From assembly GCA_019058445.1 (NCBI GenBank), contig JAHPZA010000006.1:224001-288000 (forward strand): a stretch of DNA of 64,000 bases, written 5' to 3'. The notes under the pieces were generated by a model, which saw only the letters and a list, made by a program, of their open reading frames with translations, was not told where the DNA came from and did no database searches. Source of the stretch: Promethearchaeota archaeon (lineage in GTDB: Archaea > Asgardarchaeota > Lokiarchaeia > Sigyniarchaeales > SOKP01). The position numbers and the translations under genes are program-made. Positions 1 to 9,835 of the stretch are shown one piece after another (position 1 is the first letter of the stretch; every line of letters starts with the position of its first letter).

Positions 1-342
1 AGTAACATTTATACCAGTAGGGATGGCACCTAATTTTGCGCATGCATAAAAACAGATTGGATACTGGAAGCAATTAGGCATTAGGAGTCCAATTACATCG
101 CCTTTTTTGATTCCGAGTTTAGAAAGACTTGTTGCGACCATATCCATTGCTTCACCTACCTCGCCATAGGTCATCCAAGAACCCAGATAAAAGATTAAGT
201 TATTATCTGAATATTTTTTACGCTGCCTATCAAAGAATTCGCCTAATGTAATTTTCTCAAAATCATAGTTTTTAGGAACATTTTCCGGCCACCATTTTTT
301 AAACCAAGCTTTCTCTTCATTCACTTGCCATTCTTTTGCCAT
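1..342 (-). CDS. Long-chain fatty acid-CoA ligase (AMP-binding family), N-terminal part; runs off window start
   Basis: Not in ORF track. ATG at 342 (minus) reads MAKEWQVNEEKAWFKKWWPENVPKNYD...LGIKKGDVIGLLMPNCFQYPICFYACAKLGAIPTGIN, a typical acyl-CoA synthetase N-terminus; open to position 1. Confidence 0.85.
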   Translation of the reverse strand, partial: MAKEWQVNEEKAWFKKWWPENVPKNYDFEKITLGEFFDRQRKKYSDNNLIFYLGSWMTYGEVGEAMDMVATSLSKLGIKKGDVIGLLMPNCFQYPICFYACAKLGAIPTGINVT

Positions 343-487
343 ATTTAAAGACATTATTATCACTTTTTTGGATTTAATTCTAACTGTTTTGTTAATTAAA
401 ATTTATGTTTAAATTTCGAATTATGATTAATATTGTTATTTTCATATTTAAGATTTTAAAAAAATGGAGTTAATACAAGCTGAAGAA

Positions 488-2572
488 TTAATCTAGAAAA
501 GAATTAAGAGATAAATTTCGAATTTTACATTTATTTTCAGTCTTATTTTCGATAATTTTTTTTATATAATTAGAGATTTCCTTTCTCTTTTCTATGCTCG
601 AAGGAATTGGCAAGATAACTTCTATTATCCTATTTCCTATAGTAGCAATTGTTCCTTGGATAAAGGTTATGCCTTGAATTTGTTTTTGAACAATGTCTAA
701 ATTTAGTAAGTACAAAAGCAAATAAGAATCAATTGCCTCATCATTATTTAAAACTTTAAATTGATAAATATGGCTCTGGATGATAATTTCAGTGTCTAAA
801 TGTGTAACGTAAGCTGTTTTTCCTATTAAATTTGGTCCACCATCTTTTACTAAAAGGATATCTCCCTCTTCAATATTTTGTTTTTCCTTATATAAATCAT
901 ATACTTCCTTAGAAGTTCTTTTATTTGAATCCAGATTTACTTCCCAATTATGAATTTCACTAGTTCGAATAAATGGAACCTCTCCTAATCCATAAACAGA
1001 AGAACCTATTTCATTTCCCCGGGGGAGATATTCTCCTTTATTTGAAAAGATTATTTTTCTTTGAATTAAATCTCTAATTGAAACTAATTCAAAATGTGTA
1101 TCGTCCTTAAGATTTTTAAGTGTTTTTTCAACTCCAGTATAATAATTTGGAATAAATATATTATTTTTAATTTGATTAAAATTGATCTTAAAGATTTTTT
1201 GTTCTTTGTGGTAATTAAAATCTTCAGCCCCCTTAAGTTGGAGATGGAGATCTAGCAAATCATCATTTATGATTGGTTCTCCATCTTGATTTAATATTCT
1301 ACTACCATCTTTATTTAATTGGTATTGAATTTTCCCATCTTTATCGTGACCCACATTATCAATAATTGCAAAGTCAATTTTATAATTATCTGGGATATCT
1401 TTTAATTTTTGGAAGAACAAGACTGAAGCTTTATTACAAGTATAAGGTTGAAATGTATTTTGATCTAAAGAAACAATCCCTAAAATCTTACCATTTGATT
1501 TAAGATATTCCCAAATATATCTATCTGAGGGATTTCCAAAGATCCCTTCAGGTAATACAATTCCTAATTTTCCACCATCCTTAAGAAGTTGGACACACCT
1601 TTCAATAAATAAGATTTGAGGGGGTTGCTGCCTGAAAAGCTTGTTTAATCTTTCCCATTTTCCATTAATATTCTTCCAAACATGCCCAAATTCATATTTA
1701 TTTAGAAGATCTTTAGTATTTATTGGAATTTTTGCCCCAAATGGAGGATTAGTAAGGATTACATCAAAAAATCCGTTTTTTATTACCTGTTTGGCTTGAT
1801 TTCGATAGTTTTTAAAGTCCAATGAATCTTCACAAAATACAAGTGATTTTCCACCACTTAATATTTCCAGATATAATTTGCATATTCTTGCGAGGAAGAG
1901 ATCTTTATCTATTCCATATAGGTTGGAAATTACATCTATTTTCTTCTTTTTATTAGTTAGTTTAGACCAAATAAATTCTTTCGTTTCAAGAAGGAACCCC
2001 CCATGCCCACAAGCAGGGTCTAAAATCTTAGAATTAACATTTGGATCTAAATATTTTACCATGAAACTTACAACATTGGGGGGTGTGAAAAATTGACCCC
2101 CCTCATCCTTTAGAATTTTACTCACAAAAATTTCGAAAGCATCACTCAAAATATCCTTAGAGGATTGAAGTAGAGAAATATGTTGTAACTCCTTTACGAT
2201 CAAATAGACTAAATCTTCATTTAGACTAATGGTTTCATTTTTTCCAAAAATATTAGGGTATTTAGATTTCACATTATTTTTGAAAAAATTTTGAATTCTC
2301 TCGAGTAATACTTTCTCAGTTTCGTTTTCTTTAACACAAAAACTAACCTCATCTTCGGGAGCTTTATTAATCTCATCAACTAATTTACATAATAGGAGAT
2401 TAACGATTACTTTGGAGCGGGTTCTTGTATCTGTATCGGTATATTTTAGCTTCCCATATAGATGTTGATTGATTAAAAGAAAGGTTTTCTTAAGGTTTGG
2501 AGATTTAACCAAATCTTTTTTTTTTAAAATTGCAGTTTGTTTCTCTACGTAATCAGTAATTTTTACCGGCAT
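488..2572 (-). CDS. N6-adenine DNA methyltransferase (HsdM/N6_Mtase-like) with fused C-terminal HsdS-like target recognition domain
   Basis: GQFFTP, motif I ILDPACGHGGFL, motif IV ILTNPPFG, GIVLPEGIF; C-terminal ~200 aa with PFIRTSEI, GDILLVKDG..IGKTAYV, ILPIPS typical of a single TRD. Confidence 0.9.
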   Translation of the reverse strand: MPVKITDYVEKQTAILKKKDLVKSPNLKKTFLLINQHLYGKLKYTDTDTRTRSKVIVNLLLCKLVDEINKAPEDEVSFCVKENETEKVLLERIQNFFKNNVKSKYPNIFGKNETISLNEDLVYLIVKELQHISLLQSSKDILSDAFEIFVSKILKDEGGQFFTPPNVVSFMVKYLDPNVNSKILDPACGHGGFLLETKEFIWSKLTNKKKKIDVISNLYGIDKDLFLARICKLYLEILSGGKSLVFCEDSLDFKNYRNQAKQVIKNGFFDVILTNPPFGAKIPINTKDLLNKYEFGHVWKNINGKWERLNKLFRQQPPQILFIERCVQLLKDGGKLGIVLPEGIFGNPSDRYIWEYLKSNGKILGIVSLDQNTFQPYTCNKASVLFFQKLKDIPDNYKIDFAIIDNVGHDKDGKIQYQLNKDGSRILNQDGEPIINDDLLDLHLQLKGAEDFNYHKEQKIFKINFNQIKNNIFIPNYYTGVEKTLKNLKDDTHFELVSIRDLIQRKIIFSNKGEYLPRGNEIGSSVYGLGEVPFIRTSEIHNWEVNLDSNKRTSKEVYDLYKEKQNIEEGDILLVKDGGPNLIGKTAYVTHLDTEIIIQSHIYQFKVLNNDEAIDSYLLLYLLNLDIVQKQIQGITFIQGTIATIGNRIIEVILPIPSSIEKRKEISNYIKKIIENKTENKCKIRNLSLNSFLD

Positions 2573-2683
2573 TTATACTCATTAGAGCATTTCCTAATTA
2601 TATTATGAAGGATTGTATATAATCCTCTATGATACCTTGTTTTATTTTATTATTTATTAATAGAAAATTAAGTTTTAGAAATC

Positions 2684-4249
2684 CTATGATTTTGGCATAC
2701 GAGCATTTCCGTTCATTATTTTGCGGTCAAGAATCATATCATTGACTTGAATTCCTGCGAGCAAACAACCAAAAACTCCATGGACAAATTTTGGTTGAAA
2801 TAATCCTTTTATTGGGGTTCTCATTTTTAGACGGGTTCTCCCGAAATTGTTAGGATAAGGGGCCATATCATAAACTGCCCCTGAGGGTGAACCAGAATAG
2901 CGGGCATACGTAGCTGGAGTAGAGATATCAATAACAAGAATATGCTTTCTTAGGTCCGGAATTAGATATTTTTCCACTTTATCTATGAAAAACTCTGCCC
3001 ATTTTTCCTTTTTTTCTGTATACTTTTTATAGTTTTTTTCTCTTAACTCCGCCCAATCAGCAAGAGCCATGGGTGTTATTCTCACGATTATGTTCGGTCT
3101 CCCGCCTGTAGTTAATGAGGGACAAACTACCCCTATATGGAATAACTTATCAGAAAATGCGATTTGTCCTTTTTCATATGCCTCAAATAATCGATCATAA
3201 GTATCTCCACCTGTGGTAATCACATTATATCCACAATCTAAACCTAATCCAGCAAGATCAATTTCATCATCCAATCCTATACTAAGATTCATTGAAGAAG
3301 TTGACATTTTCACCTTTTCCACCTTATCGGCATATTTTTTATTATATTGCCTTATAATATCTAATCCCACCATATCCTTCATTGCAACTTTAGGATCTAC
3401 TGTGGTAACCACATAATCCGAATAAATTTCTTCCCCATCTGATAATCTCACACCCTTTACTTGGTCTTTCTCAACAAGAATCTTTTCTACTTTCGTCTTT
3501 AAACGCAATTCCCCTCCCAGGCTTAAATATCGTTCTTCAATTTTTTTGGGAAATTCGATAAAACCTTTCGTTGGGCGAAATGCTCCGTCTAAAAGGGAAT
3601 TCATAGCCGAAAGTGGTACAATTGCTACAACTTGTTCGCTTGGAATGGCACTAAATTCCGCAAATACATTGAAGATCTCAATAACATCGGGTTCCGTGAT
3701 TTTAAATTTTTCAAAATATTTTTTGAATGTTTTCGAGGCATTTTTAACTATTTTTGGGCATGAAACTAACATTTTTAGAATTTCTGTAAATTTAGGTTCC
3801 ATTTTTAACTTAAATAATTCCAAATACATCGCACGAGAATAATCCAAGAATTTTCTGATTTCTTGTGCGTTATTCGGATATTTTTCCATTAACATTTTTT
3901 TAAATGTTTCTACTCCTGAAGGTAATTCGAGTACTCTAACCTCCTCTGTGTCAGGATTTACTAAAAAAATCCTCATGTAATATCCCTTAAAGCTCTTAAG
4001 CTCTATATCAACCCCGAGATATTCTAAAATTTCTGAAAGGTTAGGAATGATTTGGCAGGTATCGAATACATAATCTTCTCTTTCGTATGATGTCACATAT
4101 CCCCCCGTTTTTGGTTCTTTTTCAATAAGAAGAACTGGCTCCTTTTTAACATCATGATTAATAGCCCAAGTAAGGGCAGTACTCAACCCGGTTATTCCTC
4201 CTCCAACAACGATTAAAGCCTTTTTCTTAGAAGTTTTTATTTCATTCAT
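2684..4249 (-). CDS. Phytoene desaturase-like FAD-dependent oxidoreductase
   Basis: Rossmann VVGGGITGLS...EKEPKTGGY; C-terminal STPATYARYSGSPSGAVY and TPIKGLF motifs of the CrtI/retinol saturase family. Confidence 0.85.
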   Translation of the reverse strand: MNEIKTSKKKALIVVGGGITGLSTALTWAINHDVKKEPVLLIEKEPKTGGYVTSYEREDYVFDTCQIIPNLSEILEYLGVDIELKSFKGYYMRIFLVNPDTEEVRVLELPSGVETFKKMLMEKYPNNAQEIRKFLDYSRAMYLELFKLKMEPKFTEILKMLVSCPKIVKNASKTFKKYFEKFKITEPDVIEIFNVFAEFSAIPSEQVVAIVPLSAMNSLLDGAFRPTKGFIEFPKKIEERYLSLGGELRLKTKVEKILVEKDQVKGVRLSDGEEIYSDYVVTTVDPKVAMKDMVGLDIIRQYNKKYADKVEKVKMSTSSMNLSIGLDDEIDLAGLGLDCGYNVITTGGDTYDRLFEAYEKGQIAFSDKLFHIGVVCPSLTTGGRPNIIVRITPMALADWAELREKNYKKYTEKKEKWAEFFIDKVEKYLIPDLRKHILVIDISTPATYARYSGSPSGAVYDMAPYPNNFGRTRLKMRTPIKGLFQPKFVHGVFGCLLAGIQVNDMILDRKIMNGNARMPKS

Positions 4250-4366
4250 AATTTATATCACTGTATTAATTTTTCAGTTAATTAATTCTAAAATTAGGAT
4301 TAATTATAAAAATACTTTTATCTAATATTCAAAGGAATAACATAAATTTTAATTTAAAATATATGG

Positions 4367-5767
4367 GTGTTTATTTTGCAGTCAGAAGAAATTGAAGTTA
4401 CACATAGTAAAAAAATTATGATCTCGTATAATTTCGGTTCCCTTTGTAGAGAATTCATTGCAATGGCTTTTGCGGTATTGGTATTTTTTTACTATGAGGT
4501 AGAAATCGGATTGAATGTCTGGATTCTCGGTCTGGGATTAGTTATTTTTGCGATATATAATGCTATTAACGATCCACTTTTAGGATTTTTAACCAATAGG
4601 CCTTTTAAATTCACAAAAAAATGGGGAAGAAGAATGCCATGGATGCTTTTAGGGGGATTACCTCTCGGTTTTAGTTATTTTTTAATTTTTATCCCTCCCA
4701 ATGTCGATCCAAAATCAGGAGCATGGATTCTATTTGGGTGGCTTGTATTTACCACTTGCTTATTCGACACTTTTCATTCAATATTCTTTGTCAACTACCA
4801 AGCGCTCTTTCCAGATAAATTCCGTTCAGTTAAAGAACGTAGAACAGTTGTAGGATTTCAAGTTGTTTTAGGTGCATTAGGAGTTGCCTTGGGAGCTATA
4901 TTACCTCCGTTGCTTATAACTTTTGGAAATTTGGAATCATACATCTTTCAAGGATTTGTGGTGTTTGTAATAGGTCTCGTTACTATTATTTTTGCAATAC
5001 CTGGTTGGCATGAAGATCCGAAAATGATTGAGCGATATCTCGAATCCGTTCAAGAAAAAGTGGAAACTCCTTTTGTTGTTGCTATGAAACAAGCTTTTAA
5101 ACAAAAATCATTTATAGGGTATATTGTCCTATACACAATGTATTTTGTTATAATAAATTCTATGCAGGCTTCTTTACCTTATGTTGTTCTCTTCATTTTG
5201 AAAATGCCGGCAGGTGCAACCTCACTCATTATGGCAGGATTTCTCTTAGGTGCTATGATTTCAGTTCCTTTTTGGGTTAAGATGTCACAGAAAGTAAATG
5301 ACAATAGAAAAATTATGCTATTGACATCGATTTTAATGGGTATTTTTGTATTCCCATTAGCTTTCATCCAAAATTATTATCTTATGGCCGTTGGAGTTTT
5401 TATATGGGGTTTGGCACAAGGAGGATATTGGGCAATGATCTTTCCTACGTTTTCAGATGTAATCGATGAATCCGTAGTTTTACATGAAAAACGTGAGGAA
5501 GGAACATATATTGGAATTCAACAATTTTTCGGTCGTTTAGGGCTCATCATCCAAGTCATGAGCTTTGCGATAGTTCATACACTTACAGGATTCGTGGAAG
5601 GATCACAAACTCAAACTCCACTAGCAACATGGGGTATACGAATTCATTTAGCAATAATCCCTGGTATTGCCATTCTTTTAGGTGCATTGGTATTTTGGAA
5701 AATGTATGATCTAAATCCCGACAGAATAAGCGAAAATCAACTCAAAATTCAACAATTAAAATTATAA
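4367..5767 (+). CDS. MFS transporter, GPH/MelB (MFS_2) family
   Basis: NAINDPLLG, WGRRMPW, DVIDE...REEGTY motifs; ~12 hydrophobic segments. Confidence 0.9.
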   Translation: MFILQSEEIEVTHSKKIMISYNFGSLCREFIAMAFAVLVFFYYEVEIGLNVWILGLGLVIFAIYNAINDPLLGFLTNRPFKFTKKWGRRMPWMLLGGLPLGFSYFLIFIPPNVDPKSGAWILFGWLVFTTCLFDTFHSIFFVNYQALFPDKFRSVKERRTVVGFQVVLGALGVALGAILPPLLITFGNLESYIFQGFVVFVIGLVTIIFAIPGWHEDPKMIERYLESVQEKVETPFVVAMKQAFKQKSFIGYIVLYTMYFVIINSMQASLPYVVLFILKMPAGATSLIMAGFLLGAMISVPFWVKMSQKVNDNRKIMLLTSILMGIFVFPLAFIQNYYLMAVGVFIWGLAQGGYWAMIFPTFSDVIDESVVLHEKREEGTYIGIQQFFGRLGLIIQVMSFAIVHTLTGFVEGSQTQTPLATWGIRIHLAIIPGIAILLGALVFWKMYDLNPDRISENQLKIQQLKL

Positions 5768-5854
5768 AAGAAACAATCTATATTATTAAAATTTTTTTTC
5801 CTTTTTTTTTGGCGTTTAGAATATTCTAAAAGTAGGGATAATTTATTTTTGCAT

Positions 5855-6640
5855 ATGATATTAAATAATGAAGATTTTGGAGAATTTATTGAATTTTCTG
5901 TTAGCAAACGGTTTGGTATTATCAAACTTAATAGAGTCCATAGAGCCAACGCATTAACTATTGATATGGTTAAGAATCTTAAGAAAGCTCTAATTCATTG
6001 TCAAAATAATGAAAAAATTAGAGGAATTATTTTAACGGGAAACGGAACAACATTTACGACGGGATTGGATATGGATACTATTGATGGAAGTGATCAAGTT
6101 GCGGTGCGGGAGTATGAAAAAACCGCAGCAGATATCGCAGAATTAATTTTTAATGGTAAGCCAACAATCTGCGCTGTTAATGGTCGTGCTATGGGTGATG
6201 GGGTTGCATATGCTTTATGTTCGGATTATAGAATCGCTATTAAAGAGAGTTTTTTTATGATGCCTGAAATAAAGTCTGGGATTTTTCCGGGAGCTGGAAC
6301 TATTGTATTATTGACAAGAATGATTGGAATTCCTTGGACCAAAAGAATATTAATGTTTGCTGAAAAAATATCCACAGAAAAGGCATTAGAAATAGGTTTA
6401 ATTGATCATATCGTGGATAATCGTGAAGAATTAATGGAGGAAACCATGAGAAAAGCCAGATTTCTCTTTACTAAAAATCAACCAGCATTAAACTTAATTA
6501 AATTATGTAGCAATCATCTCTCTGATAAGTCATATAATGACGCGTATAGCTTAGAAAAAGAAGCATTGATGGGATGGGCCGAAGAAAAAGACAAACTCCA
6601 ATTTGTTGAAAATTTTCGAAACAAATTGATGAATAAATAA
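5855..6640 (+). CDS. Enoyl-CoA hydratase/isomerase (crotonase) family protein
   Basis: LNRVHRANAL, FTTGLD, KPTICAVNGRAMG, MPEIKSGIFPGAG; ATG at 5855 preferred over TTG 5849. Confidence 0.9.
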   Translation: MILNNEDFGEFIEFSVSKRFGIIKLNRVHRANALTIDMVKNLKKALIHCQNNEKIRGIILTGNGTTFTTGLDMDTIDGSDQVAVREYEKTAADIAELIFNGKPTICAVNGRAMGDGVAYALCSDYRIAIKESFFMMPEIKSGIFPGAGTIVLLTRMIGIPWTKRILMFAEKISTEKALEIGLIDHIVDNREELMEETMRKARFLFTKNQPALNLIKLCSNHLSDKSYNDAYSLEKEALMGWAEEKDKLQFVENFRNKLMNK

Positions 6641-6740
6641 TCTTTCTGGATTACCCTTCGTTTTAAATTTTCAGAAGTTTATAGATTTATAAGAAAAGAA
6701 AACCATGCATTAATAACAAGTTGTAATTTAAAGCAAAATT

Positions 6741-7385
6741 ATGATGGGATTTAATTTTGAGAGTTTAAAATCATGGAAACGAGTAGCTTGTCTAATTACT
6801 ATAATAGCTACGCTACAGATGATAGTTTTAACTTTAATTGCTATGATATTATACCCAGATGGATATTCCTTTGCAGAACATTTTTTTAGTCATCTAGGAT
6901 TAACACGCACTCCAAACGGTTCAGATAATACCGTCTGCAGGATTTTATTTATTATTGCTTTAATGGGTGCCGCAATCGGATTAATCCCATTTTGGGCAGT
7001 TATGACTACAATTTTTTCAAAGTTAGAAAGAATAAAGTATCTTAGTTACTTTGGGTCCATTCTTGGCTTTCTTTCTTCCCCATTTTTAATGGGTGTGGCA
7101 ATTTTCCCAGGAGATACACAGGGAGCCCTTCATAGTTTATCCGCGAAAATCTATTTCCTTCTTTTCGCAATCGCAATCGTAGTGTATTCATTAGCAATAT
7201 TCTTTAATAAAGATTATCAGAACTTATATGCTATTGTTGGGATACTTTTTTCTATTATAATCTGCTTATATATATTCCAGTTTTTTAGTGCTATTGGTCC
7301 GACTATGCAAAAAACAATAATTTATGGCTTCTGTTTATGGGGAGCTCTTCAAATAACAAAAGTCTGGAAAGAGGTTGGTACTTAA
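6741..7385 (+). CDS. Membrane protein, DUF998-like
   Basis: YPDGYSFAEHFFSHLG, GVAIFPGD..LH motifs; ~6 TM. Confidence 0.7.
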   Translation: MMGFNFESLKSWKRVACLITIIATLQMIVLTLIAMILYPDGYSFAEHFFSHLGLTRTPNGSDNTVCRILFIIALMGAAIGLIPFWAVMTTIFSKLERIKYLSYFGSILGFLSSPFLMGVAIFPGDTQGALHSLSAKIYFLLFAIAIVVYSLAIFFNKDYQNLYAIVGILFSIIICLYIFQFFSAIGPTMQKTIIYGFCLWGALQITKVWKEVGT

Positions 7386-8145
7386 AGTGATTAAATCTAT
7401 TCAAACCCATTTGGAACGGATTTTTATTGCATTTTTAACTTTAGAGCTTTTAAAATCTTGGAAACGTGTAAGTTGTATCATAACTATGGTAGGGGGATTT
7501 CTATTTATATTACTAACTTTTATCGCTATGTTTTTTTATGAGGGAGGTTATTCTTTCACGGAAGATTATTTTAGCACCTTAGGAACAACCGTTAATGCAA
7601 AAACAAGCTCCTCAAATTTAATTTCAAGAATTTTATTTTTAATTGCATGCGTCGTAGTAGGAGCGTCTTTAATTCCATTTTGGATTGTATTTACTACTCT
7701 CTTTACCGAATCTAAATTAACATATTATATCAGTCTATTCGGCTCAAGCATAGGAGTAGCATCTTCTCTATTTTTAATGAGTGTAGGAATTTTCGCTGAG
7801 GACACCCAATATTTCCTCCATACAACTTTAGCTAGATTGTTTTTCATTTTTATTATGATTGCAATCTTGACATATTCTTTTGTAATTTTATTGAATTCAG
7901 AATATCCTAATAGTTATTCCTATATAGGCGTACTATTTTCTATTTCAAGCATAGCCTTCCTATATATTTTCAGATATTCAACACAAATTAGCGTGATTAT
8001 GCAAAAAATTATAGTTTACGGTTTTTGTTTGTGGACAGTGCTTCAAATTTCACAAGTTTGGAAGAAATATGGAATACCCCTCAATACTAAAAGACTACTG
8101 GGATTTTCACTAAAAAGATTTTCTTTTAAACAACAGAAATTTTAA
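7375..8145 (+). CDS. Membrane protein, DUF998-like (tandem paralog of previous gene); start uncertain
   Basis: Shares LKSWKRV, YxxGYSF, MQKxIxYGFCLW with the upstream ORF. Confidence 0.7.
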   Translation: MVLKVIKSIQTHLERIFIAFLTLELLKSWKRVSCIITMVGGFLFILLTFIAMFFYEGGYSFTEDYFSTLGTTVNAKTSSSNLISRILFLIACVVVGASLIPFWIVFTTLFTESKLTYYISLFGSSIGVASSLFLMSVGIFAEDTQYFLHTTLARLFFIFIMIAILTYSFVILLNSEYPNSYSYIGVLFSISSIAFLYIFRYSTQISVIMQKIIVYGFCLWTVLQISQVWKKYGIPLNTKRLLGFSLKRFSFKQQKF

Positions 8146-8323
8146 CTCATTTCATTGTTTTCTTACATTTTTACAAAAACTTAAAATAACAAAATCTTTA
8201 AACAAAATCTAAGTTTATACAAATTAATTATCTAAAGATAATTGGTTTTGTAAACTAACAGATATAAGATTGGAAAAGAATTGAAAGGAGAAATTAGAAT
8301 AGTTAAATTCTCACGGAAAAAAG

Positions 8324-8626
8324 GTGTCGATTTTGGCTAAAAAAGATTTTAAAAATGACTCAAATGTGTATATTGGCAAAAAAAGATCAATCAATTATGT
8401 CCTAGCGGCAATGGTTATCTTAAATGAGGACCGATCAGTTAGATTACTCGCACGAGGTAAATCTATTAGTCGAGCTGTGGACGTTGCTGAAATTTTAAGA
8501 AATAATTTTATTAAAGGTGCCAATTATGGTGAGGTTTTAATCGATTCAGAAGAAATTACTAATAGAGATGGCTCGAAAAGTAATGTTTCAAGCATGGAAA
8601 TCGAAATCTTACCGCCAAAAAAATAA
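8324..8626 (+). CDS. albA: DNA/RNA-binding chromatin protein Alba
   Basis: VYIGKK..NYVLA, ARGKSISRAVDVAEILR, NVSSMEI. Confidence 0.93.
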   Translation: MSILAKKDFKNDSNVYIGKKRSINYVLAAMVILNEDRSVRLLARGKSISRAVDVAEILRNNFIKGANYGEVLIDSEEITNRDGSKSNVSSMEIEILPPKK

Positions 8627-8651
8627 ACTATACAAATAAGATTCAGGAGAT

Positions 8652-8682
8652 AATCAGGAAATATTCTTGATTCTTTTTTTTT
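8652..8682 (+). terminator. Hairpin plus T-run between convergent alba and cooT
   Basis: AATCAGGA-AATAT-TCTTGATT (8-bp stem, one G-T) followed by C and nine Ts. Confidence 0.5.
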
Positions 8683-8703
8683 AATTTTTATTATACAATT
8701 TTT

Positions 8704-9003
8704 TTAGAGAGTACTTTTTAATTCATTCAACTGAGTTATCACTTTATCAATTTTTTCTTTTGTTATATCTTTGTCTGTCAAATCCCTCATCAATCCGATA
8801 AAATCGTTAATGATTGGATGCTCCACTACAACTAACGTCTGATTTAATGTGTTTACGTCCAAAATCAATGCAGAGTTTAATACTTCAGCCATTCCTAATA
8901 TATCCTTAAGCACTAGTTTATTATCTTCTGTATAATTTACAATGACAATATCTTCCATTATTTGAGAACTATCATTTTTTCGAATTATTTTAAATTCACA
9001 CAT
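8704..9003 (-). CDS. cooT: CooT-family nickel-binding protein
   Basis: N-terminal MCE, IMEDI, LVLKDILG pattern; divergent from cdhBC. Confidence 0.75.
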   Translation of the reverse strand: MCEFKIIRKNDSSQIMEDIVIVNYTEDNKLVLKDILGMAEVLNSALILDVNTLNQTLVVVEHPIINDFIGLMRDLTDKDITKEKIDKVITQLNELKSTL

Positions 9004-9231
9004 ATTTAACTCCTCATCAAACTTCTCTTAAGAATAAATATTTATCATAATGATATAGACGATTTGAATAATAATTCATTTCATTAATAAGTATATTTTT
9101 ATTATAATCTTTATAATTTCCGAGTTATTGTGAATTATCTGTTAAAAATAATGTTTTTTAATTACGTACAATTTTCAAAGGTATAGAATTTAACTAGCAA
9201 TTATTTAAAAAAACAGTCGAAATTGATTATT

Positions 9232-9768
9232 ATGGCAAGACCATATCAAAAAGCAAACATACCTGGACCAGAAATGGGAACTTCAGTGCCTGATCCAGTA
9301 GTTATGGCGAATCTTTTAAAATCTCCGAAGAAAAAAGTGTTTGTCATTGGCTCAGAATCATTAAGCAAAAATATGACGCTTGATGGAAAATTAGTTGCTG
9401 AATACTTTGTAGAAATTGCCAATAAACTTAAATGCCCCGTAGTTGCAACAGGACATGCGCATAAATTCTTGAAGGGTAAAATTGACGCAAACTTACTATA
9501 TGACATGTCTCTCATAAATATTACAGGCAGATTAAGCGATAAAAACTGGAAAGGTCTCGATGGAGAAGGCCAATATGCGATGGCAATTTTTGGTGGACAT
9601 ATTGTTTATTATGTTAGTCAAACATTATCTAGGATAAAGAATTTCACAAATTGGGTACGAACAATAGATCTAGATAAATATTCCCATCCTAATGCTAGAT
9701 TCAGCCTACCAAATTTAAGTAATGCTGAATGGAAGGAATATCTCGAAAAAATCATTGAAAATTTATAA
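9232..9768 (+). CDS. cdhB: CO dehydrogenase/acetyl-CoA synthase epsilon subunit
   Basis: ANIPGP, WKGLDGEGQY, YYVSQTLS.IKNF, HPNARFSLPN; ATG at 9232. Confidence 0.92.
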   Translation: MARPYQKANIPGPEMGTSVPDPVVMANLLKSPKKKVFVIGSESLSKNMTLDGKLVAEYFVEIANKLKCPVVATGHAHKFLKGKIDANLLYDMSLINITGRLSDKNWKGLDGEGQYAMAIFGGHIVYYVSQTLSRIKNFTNWVRTIDLDKYSHPNARFSLPNLSNAEWKEYLEKIIENL

Positions 9769-9835
9769 ACTAAATAATTGAAAATCTATATTTAATAAAA
9801 TAAATATTATCTTGAAAAAAGTGAGGAAATAAAAT

